Assembly: GCA_963805085.1 (NCBI GenBank)
Contig: CAWDTA010000005.1
Coordinates: 128,001-192,000 of the forward strand
From: an uncultured Veillonellaceae bacterium
GTDB lineage: Bacteria; Bacillota; Negativicutes; JARBTT01
DNA length: 64,000 nucleotides
Direction: 5' to 3'
Below are positions 31,623-43,610 of this stretch, piece by piece. The notes beneath the pieces were generated by a model. It saw only the letters and a program-made list of their open reading frames with translations. It was not told the DNA's origin and made no database searches. Each line of letters starts with the position of its first letter. The first letter of the stretch is position 1. The position numbers and the translations under genes are program-made.

Positions 31623-32098
31623 GGCGATACCACCAATCTACGGTCTTTTTCTTGGTCGTCAATGATGACACCGTCTTTTTTATATGGCTTTAGCATGAAA
31701 TTGCTGCGTGTACTGATCACACCTTCAATTGTAGCAAGGCGCGTAGAAACAAAGTTAGAAACATCTTTTAAGGATTTACCTTCGATCATAACGAGTAGAT
31801 CAAACCCTCCCGACATCAGATAGACAGAGCGGACTTCATCAAAACGATAAATGCGTTCTGCAATTGCATCAAATCCAACTTCGCGTTGTGGTGTTACTTT
31901 CACTTCAATTGTAGCTGTTACTGTATCGTCACCGAATTTTTCCCAATTAATCAGTGTATTATAGCTTAAGATTACTTTATCTTTTTCTAGTTTTTTTAAT
32001 TGTTCTTCTATTTCATATTCTGATTTATTTAGCATGGCGGCTAGTTCTTCCACCGGTCTTTTTGCATCATGTTCTAATAATTCCAGTAGTTCTCTCAT
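31619..32098 (-). CDS. alaR: Lrp/AsnC family regulator, AlaR/YugG-like
   Basis: GFDAIAERIYRFDEVRSVYLMSGGFDL; ATG at 32098 after AGGAGT. Confidence 0.8.
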   Translation of the reverse strand: MRELLELLEHDAKRPVEELAAMLNKSEYEIEEQLKKLEKDKVILSYNTLINWEKFGDDTVTATIEVKVTPQREVGFDAIAERIYRFDEVRSVYLMSGGFDLLVMIEGKSLKDVSNFVSTRLATIEGVISTRSNFMLKPYKKDGVIIDDQEKDRRLVVSP

Positions 32099-32127
32099 AG
32101 ATTTCACTCCTAAAAAATTTTTTTTTT

Positions 32128-32368
32128 GCAATAAAAAAAGTCCTCCATCCTTAAAATAAGGACGAGAACTATTCCCGCGGTACCACCTTGATTAGCATAA
32201 AGCTCACTTGATGTACCGTTAACGCCGGTAATACGGTATAGCCTACTTAAAGTTTGTTCGGCTTACGGCTCATGGGTAGCTTTCTAAAAACATTCTTACC
32301 GATTTACAGCACCATCGGCTCTCTGAAAAGAATTTCATTTTTATACTTATCCAATCATTGCTTATATT
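32128..32368 (-). promoter_or_regulatory. T-box riboswitch, probable Ala (GCU) specifier
   Basis: Minus strand: GA motif, AGTA, AGAGA and GCTG loops, GAA-A-GCT-A specifier loop (32278-32280), AAGGTGGTACCGCG T-box, terminator and U run. Confidence 0.92.
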
Positions 32369-32493
32369 GATATATTTGTATAAAATAATAACATAGGCTA
32401 AAAGAAGAATGCAATAATAATTTTAAAATTATTATAAAATATTATAAATTATTATTCCTACGCCTACTACATAAATAAAATTTATATAAGGGG

Positions 32494-32982
32494 TTGTTTT
32501 TGATGATCGTTGGACATATTGATAATGTAAACCAAGAACTATGTAACTTTCCTGAAGCTATCAAAAAAGCATTGGCTTTTTTACAGGAGAATGATTGTGC
32601 AAATTTAAAACCTGGCAAATATGCAATCAATGGCGATGATATTTTCGCTATGGTACAAAGTTATGTAACGAAAGATAAAAAAGATTGCCGTGCAGAAACT
32701 CATGCAAAATATTTAGATATACAATTTTTAGCAAAAGGACAAGAAAGTATGGGACAATGTGCATACAGTCCTTCACTTGAAGTTGAAGAAGATTGTTTGG
32801 CAGAACGTGATGCGCGTTTCTACAAAAATTTGCCTGCAGAAAACCAAGTGATCTTGGCGAATGGAACTTATGCAATATTATATCCAACTGATGTACATCG
32901 TCCATGTTGTGCAATCGATCAGCCAACGGATGTAGTAAAAATTGTAATTAAAATAAGCGTAAAATCGCTAAAAATGGCATAA
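32494..32982 (+). CDS. YhcH/YjgK/YiaL family protein
   Basis: ETHAKYLDIQ, YPTDVHRP, VVKIVIKI. Confidence 0.9.
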   Translation: MFLMIVGHIDNVNQELCNFPEAIKKALAFLQENDCANLKPGKYAINGDDIFAMVQSYVTKDKKDCRAETHAKYLDIQFLAKGQESMGQCAYSPSLEVEEDCLAERDARFYKNLPAENQVILANGTYAILYPTDVHRPCCAIDQPTDVVKIVIKISVKSLKMA

Positions 32983-33101
32983 TTTGTAGGTGGTTCATAT
33001 AAAAATCATCAGAATGAAGAAATAAAAAGGTTTTAAGCGGTTTTTGTAGAATAGTAACTGAGCTATTTCTACTTCGGTAGTTAATTTAAAAAGTAAGGTG
33101 G

Positions 33102-33890
33102 ATGAGATTGGATACTAGAAACAAATTAAAACTTTATGGATTTAACAATTTAACAAAAACATTAAGCTTTAACATGTATGATATCTGTTATGCAAAAACA
33201 GCAGAGCATAAAAAAGCATATATTGAGTATATTGACGAAGAATATAATGCAGAACGACTTACCAATATTTTAACAGAAGTTGCGCATATTATTGGTGCCA
33301 ATATTTTAAATATTGCTAAGCAAGATTATGAGCCACAAGGTGCAAGTGTAACGATGCTGATTTCAGAAGAACCTATTGAACCAGTATCCGATGCAGTGGT
33401 ATGTCATTTAGATAAAAGTCATATAACAGTGCATACGTATCCAGAGAGTCATCCTGACCAAGGAATTACTACTTTTCGTGCTGACATTGATGTTTCTACT
33501 TGTGGCATGATATCACCGCTTAAAGCGCTTAATTATTTATTAAACTCTTTCTGCTCAGATATTGCTATGGTTGATTATAGAGTGAGAGGTTTTACTCGTG
33601 ATGTGAATGGTAAAAAATGTTTTATCGATCACAAAATCAATTCGATTCAAAATTATATTGAGCCTAAAATTAGAAATCAATATCAAATGATTGATGTAAA
33701 TGTTTATCAAGAACACATTTTCCATACTAAAATGTTACTCAGAGAATTTGATTTGGATAATTATCTTTTTGGTACGCCGAAAAATGAATTAATGATTGGT
33801 GAGAAGAAGAAAATTAAACAGCGTCTTAAAAAAGAAATGGCAGAAATTTTCTATGGACGTAACATCCCAAGAGTAAAAGGGAATTTGTAA
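33102..33890 (+). CDS. speD: S-adenosylmethionine decarboxylase proenzyme (E. coli-type)
   Basis: [43 protein letters not shown]. Confidence 0.95.
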   Translation: MRLDTRNKLKLYGFNNLTKTLSFNMYDICYAKTAEHKKAYIEYIDEEYNAERLTNILTEVAHIIGANILNIAKQDYEPQGASVTMLISEEPIEPVSDAVVCHLDKSHITVHTYPESHPDQGITTFRADIDVSTCGMISPLKALNYLLNSFCSDIAMVDYRVRGFTRDVNGKKCFIDHKINSIQNYIEPKIRNQYQMIDVNVYQEHIFHTKMLLREFDLDNYLFGTPKNELMIGEKKKIKQRLKKEMAEIFYGRNIPRVKGNL

Positions 33891-34031
33891 AATAAGACTT
33901 AGTTTCTGGTGAAGATTATTTTCACTAGAAACTAAGTTACATTTGTTTCATAGACAAACCATTTTTAGAGTGAAATGGTTTGTTTATAAAATAAATTTAA
34001 GGAAATGTTAAGATATATTGGAGGATGGAAA

Positions 34032-37000
34032 ATGAGCGTAAAAAGAATTTATGTAGAAAAGCGCCAAGGTTTTTTTGATATACCAGCCCAAGCACTATGT
34101 GCCGATTTGGTGGAGAGCTTTGGCTTAGAAAAACTGAAGGCAGTACGCATTATCAATCGTTATGATATGGAAGGGCTTAGTGATGAAGAGTATGCTTCTG
34201 CTCGTAATATCGTTTTTTCTGAACCAACGGTTGATGTAGTCTATGATGAAGCGTTACCTAATTTCCCTAATTCTCGTTTGTTTGCCATAGAATTTTTACC
34301 TGGTCAATACGATCAAACCGCTGATTCGGCCGCACAATGCGTGCAATTATTGACACAAAAGGAACGTCCGGTTATTACAACTGCTCGTATTATTGTGTTG
34401 GTTGGTGAAGTGACCGAGGAAGAGTTTGATAAAATCAAAAATTATTGCATCAACGAAGTGGAGAGTCGTCAGGCATCACTTGAAAAACCTGCAACCTTAA
34501 ACTTAGTAGCCGAAATTCCTAAAGATGTGGCTGTTTTAGCTGGTTTTATTCATAAAACAGAGGCCCAGTTACAAGTGTTTATGGACGAACAAGGCTTTGC
34601 GATGAGCCTTGAAGATTTGAAATTCTGCCAAACTTATTTTAGAGATACAGAAAAACGTGATCCTAGTATTACGGAAATTAAAGTGATTGATACGTATTGG
34701 TCCGATCATTGTCGACATACGACTTTTATGACCAAAGTAGAAGCTGTTGATATTGAGGATGGTTATTTCGCCGAACCAATCAAAGCTGCTTACAAAGCTT
34801 ATTTAGATGACCGTAAGCTTGTTTATGGTGATAATGAACGCGATGTTACCTTAATGGATATCGCTGTTATTGGAATGAAACAACTTAGAAAGCTTGGTAA
34901 ATTGGAAGATTTAGACGTATCAGAAGAAATCAATGCTTGTAGCATTGTAGTCAATGCTGATATTGATGGTAAAAATGAAGAATGGTTGGTCATGTTTAAA
35001 AATGAAACGCATAACCATCCAACTGAAATTGAACCATTTGGTGGTGCGGCTACTTGTCTTGGTGGAGCCATTCGCGATCCACTTTCTGGTCGTTCTTATG
35101 TATATCAGGCAATGCGTGTTACTGGGGCCGCAGATCCGCGGACAAGTGTCGCTGATACAATGCCAGGTAAGTTACCACAAAAGAAAATTACACTAGGTGC
35201 AGCCAATGGCTATAGCTCTTATGGCAATCAAATTGGACTAGCGACAGGACAAGTGACGGAAGTCTATCATAAAAATTTTGTTGCAAAGCGTATGGAAGTT
35301 GGTGCGGTTATGGCTGCAGCACCAAAATGCAATGTGGTACGTGAAGTGCCAGCAGTTGGTGATATTATTATTTTAGTTGGTGGTAAAACTGGTCGTGACG
35401 GTTGTGGTGGAGCAACTGGTTCATCGAAAGAGCATACTGAAGAATCTCTTGCAAGCTGCGGGGCAGAAGTACAAAAAGGGAATGCACCAACCGAACGTAA
35501 AATTCAACGGCTATTTAGAAATTCAGCGGTTAGTAGAATGATCAAACGTTGTAATGATTTTGGTGCTGGTGGCGTTTCTGTAGCCATTGGTGAATTAACA
35601 GATGGACTTGAAATCAACCTTGATGCAGTTCCGAAAAAATACGAAGGCCTAGACGGTACAGAGCTGGCGATTTCCGAATCACAAGAACGTATGGCAGTTG
35701 TGATAAAAAAACAAGATGTTGCAGCTTTTATTAAATATGCTGATGAAGAAAATTTGGAAGCAACTGAAGTAGCAGCTGTGACTGGTGATGAAAGACTGAA
35801 AATGTTCTGGCGCGGCAGGGATATTGTAAATCTTAGTCGTGAATTTTTAAATACCAATGGTGTTAAACAAATTATTTCCGTTAAAGTAGAAGTGCCAAGC
35901 ACTGACACGAACTATCTACAGCGGATGCCAGAGGTGATTGAAGATAATTTAACTGATTTAGAACAAGCTTGGCTTGCCAACCTTGCGCAGTTAAATGTAT
36001 GCAGTCAAAAAGGTTTGGTAGAACGCTTTGATTCGACGATTGGTGCTGGTACGGTATTAATGCCATTCGGTGGTAAATATCAAAAAACTCCAGCCGAAGG
36101 TATGGTTGCAAAATTACCAGTACTCAATGGTGATACGAACACCGCAACTGCAATGACCTTTGGTTTTAATCCACACTTAATGGAATGGAGTCCGTTCCAT
36201 GGTGCAGTCTATGCCATTGTTGAATCCGTAGCAAAGATTGTTGCCCTAGGCGGTAACTATGCTAGCATTCGTCTTACTTTGCAAGAGTACTTTGAAAAAT
36301 TAGGCACAGACAGCGTCAAATGGGGCAAGCCATTCAGTGCGTTGCTTGGTGCATTACATGCGCAACATGGTTTTGATATTCCGGCGATTGGTGGCAAAGA
36401 CAGTATGTCAGGTACGTTCAAAGATATTAATGTACCACCATCGTTAGTAGCATTTGCTGTTGATGTGATTAAAGCAGATAAAGCCGTTTCCCCAGAATTT
36501 AAACGAATCAAGAGTGAAGTTGTCGTTGTTCCAGCTGTGCGTGATCAATATGATTTACCTGATTTTACAGCACTTAGGCGGAACTTTAGCAAAATCAGCA
36601 ATATGATGCAAGACGGTAAAATATTTGCTGCGCATAGTGTGCGCGTTGGCGGTATAGCAGCAGCAGTTAGTAAAATGACATTTGGTAATGAAATTGGTTT
36701 TAAGTTTTCAGAGAAAATCACTGCCAAAGAATTATTTATGAGCGATTATGGTACCATCATATTAGAAGTTGCACCAGGGACAAACTTAGATGGGTATTTA
36801 GAAGCTACCAATTACTATGAATTAGGTGTAACGACAGAAAAGCCAAATATTATCTTTGGTGATGCCATTGTTAGTATTGCAAAAGCAGAAAAAGCATTTG
36901 ATGGAACATTAGAAAGGATTTTTGCTACAAAAACCAAAGAAGTTAGCAAAAAAATTGGACTAGTTCCTTATACAGCAAATAATAAAATTATTGCTACTTC

Positions 37001-37808
37001 AAGTTATGCGAAACCAAGAATTTTCATCCCAGTATTCCCAGGTACGAACTGCGAATATGATTCTGCCAAAGCATTTGAATGCGTTGGTGGAGCTCCTCAA
37101 ACATTGGTCATTAGAAATTTAACCCCGCAGGCAGTTGAAGAATCTGTAGAGGCCATTGTAAAAGGGATAAACCAAGCACAAATTATGATGTTACCTGGTG
37201 GATTTAGTGCAGGGGATGAACCAGATGGTTCTGGTAAATTTATTGCAGCAATGTTTAGAAATCCACGGATTAAAGAAGCTGTAATTAAATTACTAAAACA
37301 ACGTGATGGCTTAATTCTTGGGGTATGTAATGGTTTCCAAGCATTAATTAAATTGGGCTTGGTTCCATATGGTGAAATTACAGATTTAACGATTGATAGT
37401 CCAACCTTAACGCATAATCATATCGGTCGCCATATATCTTGTATGGTGGAAACGAAAGTCGTTTCGAATCTTTCCCCTTGGTTTAACAATGTAAAAGTTG
37501 GCGATGTGCATAGTATTGCAATGTCTCATGGGGAAGGTCGTTTTGTCGCCGGCAGTGAGGTGGTTGCTAAATTACGGTCAAAAGGACAAATTGCTACGCA
37601 ATATGTTGACTTTGCTGGTAATCCATCGCTAAATATTCCATTCAATCCAAATGGCTCGGTAGAAGCGATTGAAGGTATCACCAGTCCTGATGGTCGCGTA
37701 TTAGGTAAAATGGGTCACTCAGAACGTATGGGAACATCGGTAGGGAGTAATGTTCCTGGTAACAAAGACCAACAAATCTTTGCTGCTGGTATTCGATACT
37801 ATAAATAA
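34032..37808 (+). CDS. purL: Phosphoribosylformylglycinamidine synthase, large fused type
   Basis: YWSDHCRH, KNETHNHPTEIEPFGGA, DFGAGG, SESQERM, GVCNGFQ, SHGEGR, MGHSER. Confidence 0.96.
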   Translation: MSVKRIYVEKRQGFFDIPAQALCADLVESFGLEKLKAVRIINRYDMEGLSDEEYASARNIVFSEPTVDVVYDEALPNFPNSRLFAIEFLPGQYDQTADSAAQCVQLLTQKERPVITTARIIVLVGEVTEEEFDKIKNYCINEVESRQASLEKPATLNLVAEIPKDVAVLAGFIHKTEAQLQVFMDEQGFAMSLEDLKFCQTYFRDTEKRDPSITEIKVIDTYWSDHCRHTTFMTKVEAVDIEDGYFAEPIKAAYKAYLDDRKLVYGDNERDVTLMDIAVIGMKQLRKLGKLEDLDVSEEINACSIVVNADIDGKNEEWLVMFKNETHNHPTEIEPFGGAATCLGGAIRDPLSGRSYVYQAMRVTGAADPRTSVADTMPGKLPQKKITLGAANGYSSYGNQIGLATGQVTEVYHKNFVAKRMEVGAVMAAAPKCNVVREVPAVGDIIILVGGKTGRDGCGGATGSSKEHTEESLASCGAEVQKGNAPTERKIQRLFRNSAVSRMIKRCNDFGAGGVSVAIGELTDGLEINLDAVPKKYEGLDGTELAISESQERMAVVIKKQDVAAFIKYADEENLEATEVAAVTGDERLKMFWRGRDIVNLSREFLNTNGVKQIISVKVEVPSTDTNYLQRMPEVIEDNLTDLEQAWLANLAQLNVCSQKGLVERFDSTIGAGTVLMPFGGKYQKTPAEGMVAKLPVLNGDTNTATAMTFGFNPHLMEWSPFHGAVYAIVESVAKIVALGGNYASIRLTLQEYFEKLGTDSVKWGKPFSALLGALHAQHGFDIPAIGGKDSMSGTFKDINVPPSLVAFAVDVIKADKAVSPEFKRIKSEVVVVPAVRDQYDLPDFTALRRNFSKISNMMQDGKIFAAHSVRVGGIAAAVSKMTFGNEIGFKFSEKITAKELFMSDYGTIILEVAPGTNLDGYLEATNYYELGVTTEKPNIIFGDAIVSIAKAEKAFDGTLERIFATKTKEVSKKIGLVPYTANNKIIATSSYAKPRIFIPVFPGTNCEYDSAKAFECVGGAPQTLVIRNLTPQAVEESVEAIVKGINQAQIMMLPGGFSAGDEPDGSGKFIAAMFRNPRIKEAVIKLLKQRDGLILGVCNGFQALIKLGLVPYGEITDLTIDSPTLTHNHIGRHISCMVETKVVSNLSPWFNNVKVGDVHSIAMSHGEGRFVAGSEVVAKLRSKGQIATQYVDFAGNPSLNIPFNPNGSVEAIEGITSPDGRVLGKMGHSERMGTSVGSNVPGNKDQQIFAAGIRYYK

Positions 37809-37951
37809 AAAATAAATGAAACCACTTGCTATCGTTTATACTATAGTGAGTGGTTTCATTTTATTTTTAAATATTCCCGACTAATCCGATAAAATTTATC
37901 GGAATTGATTGTATTCATTAAATTTTATTGTTATAATATTGACTCAGGGGA

Positions 37952-38857
37952 GTGATTTATATTAATTTTCAATTATTAGAAAAAAAAGATAAAGTTATTT
38001 TTGATAAATTTTTTAAAAATAGATATTATGAAAATTCGCATTCTAATTTTACAAATTTATTTATGTGGCGTAATGCTTACCAAATTATGTGGACGATTGA
38101 GGATGAAGTACTTTATTTAAAAGCCACTTGGGAAGATGAAGAATTTGCTTTGCAACCGTTTGGCCCAGAAGAAAAAATGCAACAAGCGATTGCAACTTGG
38201 CTAGCCTATTTTAAAGAGCAAAAGAAACCTTTTTTCATGTATGGTATAGAAAAATCAATGGTACTACAATTGGAACAATATCGTGATGTGGGATTTGAGA
38301 TTGAAGAGGACCGCGATAATTTTGATTATGTCTATTTTAGTGAAGATTTAATCCAGTTAGCGGGACGTAAATATCACTCGAAGAAAAATCATTTAAATAG
38401 CTTTAAGAAAAGTTATCCAGAAGCTGAATACAAACCAATTACGGAAGAGCTGATTACACAATGTAAACTCAATATCAATGGCTGGTATAAAAAACATGGT
38501 ACGTTTGATGATCCAATTTTGACGACAGAACGCAATGCAATCATCGAAGTGCTAAATAATTTTGAATATCTCAATTTGCAAGGTGGGGCACTGATCCTTG
38601 ATCATCGCGTCGTTGCGTTTACCTTTGGTGAAGAGCTAAATACCGATACTGCAGTTATTCACGTAGAAAAAGCAGATCCCGAGATTAGAGGGGCCTATTC
38701 TGCGATTAACCAAGGCTTTGTTGAAGCTGCTTGGCCTCATTTAACTTATATCAATAGAGAAGAGGATATGGGCTTAGAAGGACTTAGAAAAGCAAAAACA
38801 AGTTATAAACCAGTAAAAATGATTGAAAAGTTTAACATAAAAGCAAAGTCCGTGTAA
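37952..38857 (+). CDS. DUF2156 / phosphatidylglycerol lysyltransferase C-terminal-like GNAT protein
   Basis: DRDNFDYVY, LAGRKYHSKKNH, HVEKA, INREEDMGLEGLRKAK.SY.P. Confidence 0.88.
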   Translation: MIYINFQLLEKKDKVIFDKFFKNRYYENSHSNFTNLFMWRNAYQIMWTIEDEVLYLKATWEDEEFALQPFGPEEKMQQAIATWLAYFKEQKKPFFMYGIEKSMVLQLEQYRDVGFEIEEDRDNFDYVYFSEDLIQLAGRKYHSKKNHLNSFKKSYPEAEYKPITEELITQCKLNINGWYKKHGTFDDPILTTERNAIIEVLNNFEYLNLQGGALILDHRVVAFTFGEELNTDTAVIHVEKADPEIRGAYSAINQGFVEAAWPHLTYINREEDMGLEGLRKAKTSYKPVKMIEKFNIKAKSV

Positions 38858-38963
38858 TCGTCGCTTTTTGTTGAACTGATCTGCCAATGGCATCCTTTGG
38901 TTTTATTTTAAACATATCTTAAAATTTTTGCATTTTTATTATTTTTGTTGCATATACTACGAA

Positions 38964-39074
38964 TGGAAAGCGAGCGGAGCTTTCCAGAACAAGGCGCCGT
39001 AGATTTATTTTAAGTAGATAAATCGCGGCGCTACGGATTTATAAGGACTGCCTAAAAACGGTGGTTCTTTTTTT
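38964..39074 (+). ncRNA. Candidate ~110-nt small RNA
   Basis: -10 TATACT at 38953-38958; three consecutive hairpins, the last followed by a U tract; downstream operon has its own promoter. Confidence 0.55.
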
Positions 39075-39169
39075 ATTGGACAGAAACGATTATCTTGTCT
39101 TAAAATGGCAATCATAATGCCATATTGTAGAAAAATCTGTAGAATATAAAAATTAAATATTTTATATTA

Positions 39170-39198
39170 TTGGCAACACCGAGTCATTACGCTATAAT
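39170..39198 (+). promoter_or_regulatory. Sigma-A promoter of DUF1934-argS
   Basis: TTGGCA-N17-TATAAT. Confidence 0.6.
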
Positions 39199-39222
39199 AT
39201 CTATATGTTATAGAGGAGTTTT

Positions 39223-39669
39223 TTGATGAATAAAGTATTAGTCACAGTTGTTGGCTTACAAAAGGATGGATTTGGTGAAGAAAATTGCATTGAATTGATC
39301 TCTGTTGGTAAGCATTATTATAAGCATGGCATTCATTATATTTTATATGAAGATAGCGAAGTCAGTGGGATGGATGGCACGACGACATTGCTAAAAATTG
39401 CTACGGATCAAGTTACTTTAATCCGCAAAGGGCAAGTGATGCAAGAGCAACATTTTGAATTATTAAAAAGAAGCTCAAGTGTATATACTACTCCTTATGG
39501 TAATTTAACTTTATCTATTTTAACGAAAAAGTTAGAAATTGCATATGGAGAAGTTTTTGGTAATCTTGATATCGAATATGAGTTATCAGTCGATGGTAAG
39601 TGGCAAAGTGACAATCAGTTACATATAAAAGTTTGTGCTGATGGGGTAACTTGTAGTAATATTAATTAG
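39223..39669 (+). CDS. DUF1934 (YwiB-like) protein
   Basis: YILYEDSE..TTTLLKI..VTLIRKG..YTTPYG; usual position upstream of argS. Confidence 0.88.
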   Translation: MMNKVLVTVVGLQKDGFGEENCIELISVGKHYYKHGIHYILYEDSEVSGMDGTTTLLKIATDQVTLIRKGQVMQEQHFELLKRSSSVYTTPYGNLTLSILTKKLEIAYGEVFGNLDIEYELSVDGKWQSDNQLHIKVCADGVTCSNIN

Positions 39670-39699
39670 ATAAGCATTTTTAATCAGGAGGATCGGGTT

Positions 39700-41358
39700 T
39701 TGGATATTAAAAATTTATTGAATCATGCAATATATGATGCCGCACAGCAGGCAATTGCTGATGGGGCATTTAATGCTGAAACGTTACCACAAATTATTTT
39801 AGAAGTGCCACCACAAAAAGAGTTTGGTGATTATGCAACAAACTTTGCACTTCAAGCAGCAAAGGCAGCAAGGACGAAACCAAGAACGATTGCAGAAGCG
39901 ATTGTGAAACGGTTAAAAGAAGATTGGTTAGAAAAAGCTGAAATTGCAGGACCTGGATTTATTAATTTTTATTTAAAAGCGGATGTCATTTATGATAAAT
40001 TGGCGGCAATCATTGCGGTTGGTGAAAATTATGGCACATTAGATAAAAAACAAGGTGAGAAAATCCAACTTGAGTATGTAAGTGCGAATCCAACGGGGCC
40101 TCTTCATGTAGGGCATGGTAGAGGGGCAGCTGTTGGTAGCGCTTTAGTTAATTTAATGCGTGCGGCAGGTTATGATGTACAAAGTGAATATTATATCAAT
40201 GATGCTGGAAATCAAATAGACAATCTAGCAGCTTCGGTGAATGTCCGCTATTTAGAATTGCTTGGTCAAACTGTAGAATTTCCTGAGAATGGCTATCATG
40301 GTCAAGATATTGTTGCGACTGCCCAAAGAATCGTTGATGGGCATGGCGATAAGTACTTGAAGATGGATTCTAGTGAACGTTTAAACTTATTTAAGGAATT
40401 GGCTTTGCAAGAAAAATTAGCAGCTTTAAAAGAAGATTTAGCGGCATTTAACGTGCATTTTGATGTATGGTTCAGCGAACGTACCTTACACCAAGCGAAT
40501 GCAATCCAAGAAACTTGTGATTTTTTGCTTGGTAATGGTAATATCTATAAAAAAGATGGCGCTTTATGGTTAAAATCTACTGCGTATGGTGATGACAAAG
40601 ATCGTGTTGTTATTCGTGATAATGGTGTGCCTACGTATCTTGCCGCTGATATTGCATATCATCGCAATAAATTAGAACGTGGTTTTAGCACCCTCATTAA
40701 TATTTGGGGTGCTGACCATCATGGCTATATTTGCCGCGTAAAGGCAGCGATTGAAGCTATGGGATATGAAGGAGAGGCATTAGAGGTACTCATTTTGCAA
40801 ATGGTCAGTTTGTATCAAAATGGCGAGCTGGTTAAAATGTCAAAACGTACGGGGCAAAGTGTTACGTTATCAGAATTAATTGAAGAGGTTGGCACAGATG
40901 CAGCAAGATTCTTCTTTATCATGCGTTCTATTGATAGCCAACTTGATTTCGATCTAGATTTAGCTAAATCGAAATCGAATGAAAATCCAGTGTATTATAT
41001 TCAATACGCCCATGCACGGATTTGCAGTATTTTTAGACAGGCAGAAGAAGCTGGTTTGAACATAGCGGCGAAACCGGACCTTACACGCTTAAGCATGCCG
41101 GCTGAAATTGATTTGATTAAGAAAATGGCTGATTATGAAGATGAAATCGCTTATGCAGCGAAGGAACGCGCACCACATCGGATTGCCCGTTATGTGCATG
41201 AGCTTGCTGGTGCATTCCATAGTTTTTATAATCAATGTCGGATTATGGGGGTAGAACCAGAGATTGCGGAGGCGAGACTCGTGTTGGTTGGTGCAGTAAG
41301 AAACACCATTCGTCATGCACTGACTATTTTAGGAGTAAGTGCACCAGAAAAAATGTAA
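39700..41358 (+). CDS. argS: Arginine--tRNA ligase
   Basis: FGDYATN, AGPGFINF, SANPTGPLHVGH, KMSKRTG, YIQYAHAR, SAPEKM. Confidence 0.97.
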   Translation: MDIKNLLNHAIYDAAQQAIADGAFNAETLPQIILEVPPQKEFGDYATNFALQAAKAARTKPRTIAEAIVKRLKEDWLEKAEIAGPGFINFYLKADVIYDKLAAIIAVGENYGTLDKKQGEKIQLEYVSANPTGPLHVGHGRGAAVGSALVNLMRAAGYDVQSEYYINDAGNQIDNLAASVNVRYLELLGQTVEFPENGYHGQDIVATAQRIVDGHGDKYLKMDSSERLNLFKELALQEKLAALKEDLAAFNVHFDVWFSERTLHQANAIQETCDFLLGNGNIYKKDGALWLKSTAYGDDKDRVVIRDNGVPTYLAADIAYHRNKLERGFSTLINIWGADHHGYICRVKAAIEAMGYEGEALEVLILQMVSLYQNGELVKMSKRTGQSVTLSELIEEVGTDAARFFFIMRSIDSQLDFDLDLAKSKSNENPVYYIQYAHARICSIFRQAEEAGLNIAAKPDLTRLSMPAEIDLIKKMADYEDEIAYAAKERAPHRIARYVHELAGAFHSFYNQCRIMGVEPEIAEARLVLVGAVRNTIRHALTILGVSAPEKM

Positions 41359-41452
41359 TAAGTTGATTCGAATAGCATAGTGCGATGGATGCACTGACTG
41401 GTTTGGATTCTGATAGTATAGTTTTGTTTTAAATATGAGGGGAGATTTTATT

Positions 41453-41815
41453 TTGGATTTTACACAACAATTAGAGGTTGATATTGCATATTTTATTTTA
41501 ACGAAATCAGGGGAACCGATTTATTTTAAAGATTTGATCATGGATGTTATTGATAAAAAACATAAACCAGTACAATCTTTATCGAAAGCGATTTCTGAAG
41601 TATATACATTACTTAATATGGACAGCCGCTTTCATCACATGGGTAAAGGCGTATGGGGCTTAACAGAATGGGTACCACAAGAAGTGAAGCGTACGCATGC
41701 GGTAGCGACAACAACAACAAAAGCAGCGAAGAAACCAACTTCAAAACGGCGGGAAAAATTATTAGAAGAAATCCAAGAGCATGATACAATTGTGAAACCT
41801 AGTGACAACGAATAG
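41453..41815 (+). CDS. rpoE: RNA polymerase delta subunit (short, no acidic tail)
   Basis: EVDIAYFIL..F.DLI..YTLLNMDSRF..G.GVWGL.EW; between argS and pyrG. Confidence 0.85.
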   Translation: MDFTQQLEVDIAYFILTKSGEPIYFKDLIMDVIDKKHKPVQSLSKAISEVYTLLNMDSRFHHMGKGVWGLTEWVPQEVKRTHAVATTTTKAAKKPTSKRREKLLEEIQEHDTIVKPSDNE

Positions 41816-41898
41816 GCTTGACAGCAGGTCATTATAAAGGATACAATAATGGGCGTGTTTTTAAAGAATGTAAGTTGATTTTATAGTCGATTTGCTAG

Positions 41899-43548
<1,650 letters not shown>

Positions 43549-43610
43549 AAATAAACAAGAAACTGTTGGATTTTCCAACAGTTTTCTTATTAAAGGTGAG
43601 ATGTAACACG

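Noticed and set aside
33892-33990. Possible purine or ZTP riboswitch before purL
   Set aside because: Only two simple inverted repeats and no aptamer consensus; probably terminator or processing hairpins.
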